Below, piece by piece: positions 60,894 through 64,000 of a stretch of 64,000 nucleotides of DNA. Position 1 is the first letter of the stretch, and every line of letters starts with the position of its first letter. Both the position numbers and the translations under genes were made by a program. Source of the DNA: Dehalococcoidia bacterium (GTDB lineage Bacteria > Chloroflexota > Dehalococcoidia > UBA2979); NCBI GenBank assembly GCA_965219085.1, contig OZ244720.1, forward strand, positions 128,001-192,000. The letters are read 5' to 3'. Below the pieces are notes generated by a model. It ran no database searches. It had not been told where the DNA came from and saw only the letters and a program-made list of their open reading frames with translations.

Positions 60894-61514
60894 CTAGCTT
60901 CCGGCGCTCGAGGCGCCGCCTTGCCCGAGCTTCGGCTCGACGCCGCGCAGCAGCCTGCGGATGTTCGGGAGGTGGTTCAACTCGATCGCGAGCGTCGCGG
61001 CGGCGCCGAACAGGAGGTAGTGCGGCGCCAGCCATCCGACCGCGACCGAGATGGCGATGAGCACGAACGCCACGGCAGTCGCAGTCATCGACATCACGGA
61101 GACGTAGCGCGTGATCGCGAGAACCGTGCCGCCGGCGATCAGCACCGCGACCGCCGGGCCTGGCGCGATCGCGATGAGCGCCCCGAACGCCGTCGCTACC
61201 CCTCGGCCGCCCCGGAAGCCAGCGAACACCGGGAACGTGTGCCCGATGACGGCCGCGACGCCGGTCAGCGCGGCCGCCCACGGGTCGTCGAACACGAGAC
61301 GCGCGATCAGCACGGGCGCGGCGCCCTTGGCGAGATCGGCCACGAGCACCACGATCGCCGCGCCCAGACCGAGCGATCGCAGCGTGTTCGTGAACCCCGT
61401 CTTGCCTGAACCCTGGTCACGCACGTCGACGCCGCGATACACGCGGCTGACGATCAGGCCCGATGGAATCGAGCCGAGCAGGTAGCCACCAACGACCATG
61501 AGTGCGGCGATCAT
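60894..61514 (-). CDS. plsY: Glycerol-3-phosphate acyltransferase PlsY
   Basis: YLLGSIP, GSGKTGFTN, GHTFPVF..FRGGRGVAT, HLPNIRRL. Confidence 0.94.
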   Translation of the reverse strand: MIAALMVVGGYLLGSIPSGLIVSRVYRGVDVRDQGSGKTGFTNTLRSLGLGAAIVVLVADLAKGAAPVLIARLVFDDPWAAALTGVAAVIGHTFPVFAGFRGGRGVATAFGALIAIAPGPAVAVLIAGGTVLAITRYVSVMSMTATAVAFVLIAISVAVGWLAPHYLLFGAAATLAIELNHLPNIRRLLRGVEPKLGQGGASSAGS

Positions 61515-62890
61515 GCGGGCGCCCCCACCCCCTCGGCCTGCTCAACCGGCTCGTCCGTCCCGCCTCGGGCGCGGAAGCGCAGCCGGATCGCGGCGCCCTC
61601 GAAAGCGAACGCGTCGCGGATGCGGTTCTCAAGGTAGCGACGATACGCGAAATGGAGCAGCTCCGGATCGTTGACGAAGAACACAAACGTCGGCGGCTGC
61701 ACCTCGGCCTGTGTGACATAGAGCAGCTTGAGACGCCGCCGTCCCACCGACCGCGGGGGGTGCTGGACGAACGCGCGGTGTAGCACGCGGTTGAGCTCCG
61801 AGGTCTGCACGCGGCGGCGGCGCACTTCGTCGACATGGACGGCGAGCTGCAGGAGGTCCGGGATGCCCATGCCGGTGAGCGCCGAGGTGAAGTGCACGGG
61901 CGCCCACGGCGCGAAGCGGTAACGGCTGTCGATCCCGCGCGCGTACGCGCCGCGCTCGGTGCCCGGCGGTGCGAGGTCCCACTTGTTGACCACGAGCACC
62001 ATGCCCTTGCCGAACTCCACGATACGGCTGGCGATGTGCATGTCCTGCGCCGCCGTCGGCTCGGACGGCTCGATGAGCAGGAACACCACGTCCGAGCGCG
62101 CGATGGCGCGCTCCGCCTGCTGCACCGAGTGTCGCTCGACGCCCCGGCCGATCTTGCCACGCCGCCGGATCCCGGCGGTGTCGACGAGCACCATCTCGTG
62201 ACCCTCGAACGCGAACAGGCTGTCGATGGCGTCGCGGGTCGTGCCCGGCAGGTCCGAGACGATCGTGCGCTCCTCGCCCAGGATCGCGTTCGCGAGCGAG
62301 GACTTCCCGACGTTGGGCCGCCCGACGATGGAGATCCGAATCGGCTCAGTGCGCTCCGATTCCTCGTTGCCCCCGGGGTCGGGCAGGCGCTCGACGACGT
62401 CGTCGAGCAGCTCGCCGGCGCCGAGCCCGTGGTAGGCGGAGATCAGGATCGGCTCGCCGAGGCCGAGCGCGTGCAGCTCGTGCACGTTCTCGCCCGCCTC
62501 ACGGCGGTCGGCCTTGTTGGCGACGACCAGCACGTCGCGTTCGGCGCGCCGTAGCTGATCGGCGAGCGCCTCGTCCGAGGAGGTCAGGCCAGCGGCGGCG
62601 TCGACGACGAACAGCAGCAGGTCGGCCTCGTCGAGCGCGAGTTCCACCTGCTCGCGGACCGGGTCGGCGAACGGCGCGCCCGCGAAGTCGTCGGGGCCCT
62701 CGAGGCCGCCGGTGTCGACGACGCGGAAGCGGCGCCCGCCCCAGCGGCACCAGCCGTACTGGCGGTCGCGCGTCGTGCCGGCGAGGCGCTCGACGAGCGC
62801 GCGGCGCGAGCGTGTCATGCGGTTGAACAGCGCAGACTTGCCAACGTTGGGCCGCCCAACGATGGCGACGAGCGGAGGTGGGGCGCTCAT
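61511..62890 (-). CDS. der: Ribosome biogenesis GTPase Der (EngA)
   Basis: Two GRPNVGKS G-domains, DTGG/DTAG, KH-like C-terminus. Confidence 0.96.
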   Translation of the reverse strand: MSAPPPLVAIVGRPNVGKSALFNRMTRSRRALVERLAGTTRDRQYGWCRWGGRRFRVVDTGGLEGPDDFAGAPFADPVREQVELALDEADLLLFVVDAAAGLTSSDEALADQLRRAERDVLVVANKADRREAGENVHELHALGLGEPILISAYHGLGAGELLDDVVERLPDPGGNEESERTEPIRISIVGRPNVGKSSLANAILGEERTIVSDLPGTTRDAIDSLFAFEGHEMVLVDTAGIRRRGKIGRGVERHSVQQAERAIARSDVVFLLIEPSEPTAAQDMHIASRIVEFGKGMVLVVNKWDLAPPGTERGAYARGIDSRYRFAPWAPVHFTSALTGMGIPDLLQLAVHVDEVRRRRVQTSELNRVLHRAFVQHPPRSVGRRRLKLLYVTQAEVQPPTFVFFVNDPELLHFAYRRYLENRIRDAFAFEGAAIRLRFRARGGTDEPVEQAEGVGAPA

Positions 62891-64000
62891 CCTTCATCCC
62901 CTGTCGGTAGAGGCGTGAGCGTAACGGAGAGCAGCGCCGGTCGCCATTCGCGGATGGTGATGTTGCGTGGCGCCACCACGACCACCTCGGCCAACCCGGA
63001 CTCGTCGCCGTCAAGCGCGCCGACGTCGACCTCGGCCACCACGTCCCCGGGCTCAAGCCCGTTCAGCGCCGGCAACGGTCCCTCGAGCACCACTGTGACG
63101 ATCTGGTCGCCCAGGTCCGCGACCATGCCGTCAGGGACGCCGTCCACCGCGGGCACGACGGTGAGCACGGTCGTACCCAGCACCGCCTCGACAGCGACGA
63201 CGACGCGCGCTGAAGAGCCGTCCGTCGCGGTGACCCCCGCGGGCAGCGTCGCCACGAGCGACAGCCGGATGTCGCCGTCGGCGCCGTCGAGCCGCACGAA
63301 GCCGAGACGCAGCTGCTCAAGGTCCTGCAAGACTTCCAGCGGGCCTTCGATGCGGGCGACGGCTGGACTGATGGTGACACCAGCGACGCGGTAGCCCCGC
63401 GACGGCTCGCCAAGCAATTCCACCGACAGCGGCACGATCTTCGAGACGGTGCTCTTCTGCACGTCCACGGTGACGCTGACGGAGGAGGGCTGCACGGACA
63501 GCCCCCGGATGCGACCGTCGCTCGCCCCGCGCGGGACCAGCTCGACGACCTGCTGGAACCCGACGGTGATCCCGGTCACGTTGATCTCGGCCACCGCGCG
63601 CTCGGCCAGCTCGACGAGCGACTCGGGCCCCGATATCTCGACGGTGACACGCTCGGGGACGGTCTGGACGATCTCGAACCCGCTTGGGGGCGCGCCCAAC
63701 AGCCGAGGCTCGACGGGGATGATCCTCGACACGACCTGCTCGAGGTTCACGGTGATCGCCGGCGGCTCGACCGCGAGGATGCGCACGCCGCGCGTCCCGG
63801 ACACGTCGACCCGCACCGGCACGGACTGCTCGCGCGCGGTGAGCCCGGCGAGGTCCACCGTGGCCTCGAAGTTCGCGGCGGTGAGACCTTCCCAGCGATC
63901 CTCGGACGCCTCGATGCGCAGGTCGACGGCGCCGAGGTTGTTGGCTACCGCGAGCTGGTCGCCGACGTTCACGAACGTCACGGGGATCTGGTTCGGGAAC
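62887..64000 (-). CDS. cdaR: CdaR/YbbR-domain protein (5' end outside window)
   Basis: Repeated YbbR-like beta-rich units (ATVDLAGL..VPV; P..VEISGP; GYRV..P..IEGP). Confidence 0.75.
   Translation of the reverse strand, partial: FPNQIPVTFVNVGDQLAVANNLGAVDLRIEASEDRWEGLTAANFEATVDLAGLTAREQSVPVRVDVSGTRGVRILAVEPPAITVNLEQVVSRIIPVEPRLLGAPPSGFEIVQTVPERVTVEISGPESLVELAERAVAEINVTGITVGFQQVVELVPRGASDGRIRGLSVQPSSVSVTVDVQKSTVSKIVPLSVELLGEPSRGYRVAGVTISPAVARIEGPLEVLQDLEQLRLGFVRLDGADGDIRLSLVATLPAGVTATDGSSARVVVAVEAVLGTTVLTVVPAVDGVPDGMVADLGDQIVTVVLEGPLPALNGLEPGDVVAEVDVGALDGDESGLAEVVVVAPRNITIREWRPALLSVTLTPLPTGDEG

Overview
High-GC bacterial chromosome segment. Gene content and protein style suggest Chloroflexota, probably Dehalococcoidia-like (inference). 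The backbone is housekeeping: chrA, pyrK/pyrD, mrp, tRNA-Pro(TGG), cyclophilin, tRNA-Arg(CCG), comM, rel, hisS, prfA-prmC, polyprenyl synthase, tatD, metG, guaB3-type IMPDH, recO-recR-dnaX, ybeY, a complex-I-like operon nuoA-C-D-H-J-K-(orf)-L-M-N without nuoB/I/E/F/G, and gpsA-plsY-der-cdaR. Small accessory inserts interrupt it: three toxin-antitoxin pairs, a GmrSD-type nuclease, an Abi-like gene and DUF1640/CCDC90-like genes. A decayed island left of tRNA-Arg holds an IS3-interrupted MMPL pseudogene and a serine-recombinase relic. Main observations: (1) an IS110 whose bridge-RNA target and donor guides can be read from its left non-coding end and match its own insertion site and circle junction; (2) ~120-bp copies of the ybeY and prmC 3' ends, each followed by a DUF1640-like gene, suggesting a cassette-acquisition process; (3) a NYN nuclease with seven 23-aa Arg/Glu repeats; (4) a complex I operon lacking both Q-module Fe-S subunits; (5) an attenuator-like leader before guaB; (6) a perfect 47-bp palindrome. 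All calls come from manual reading; no database searches were run.
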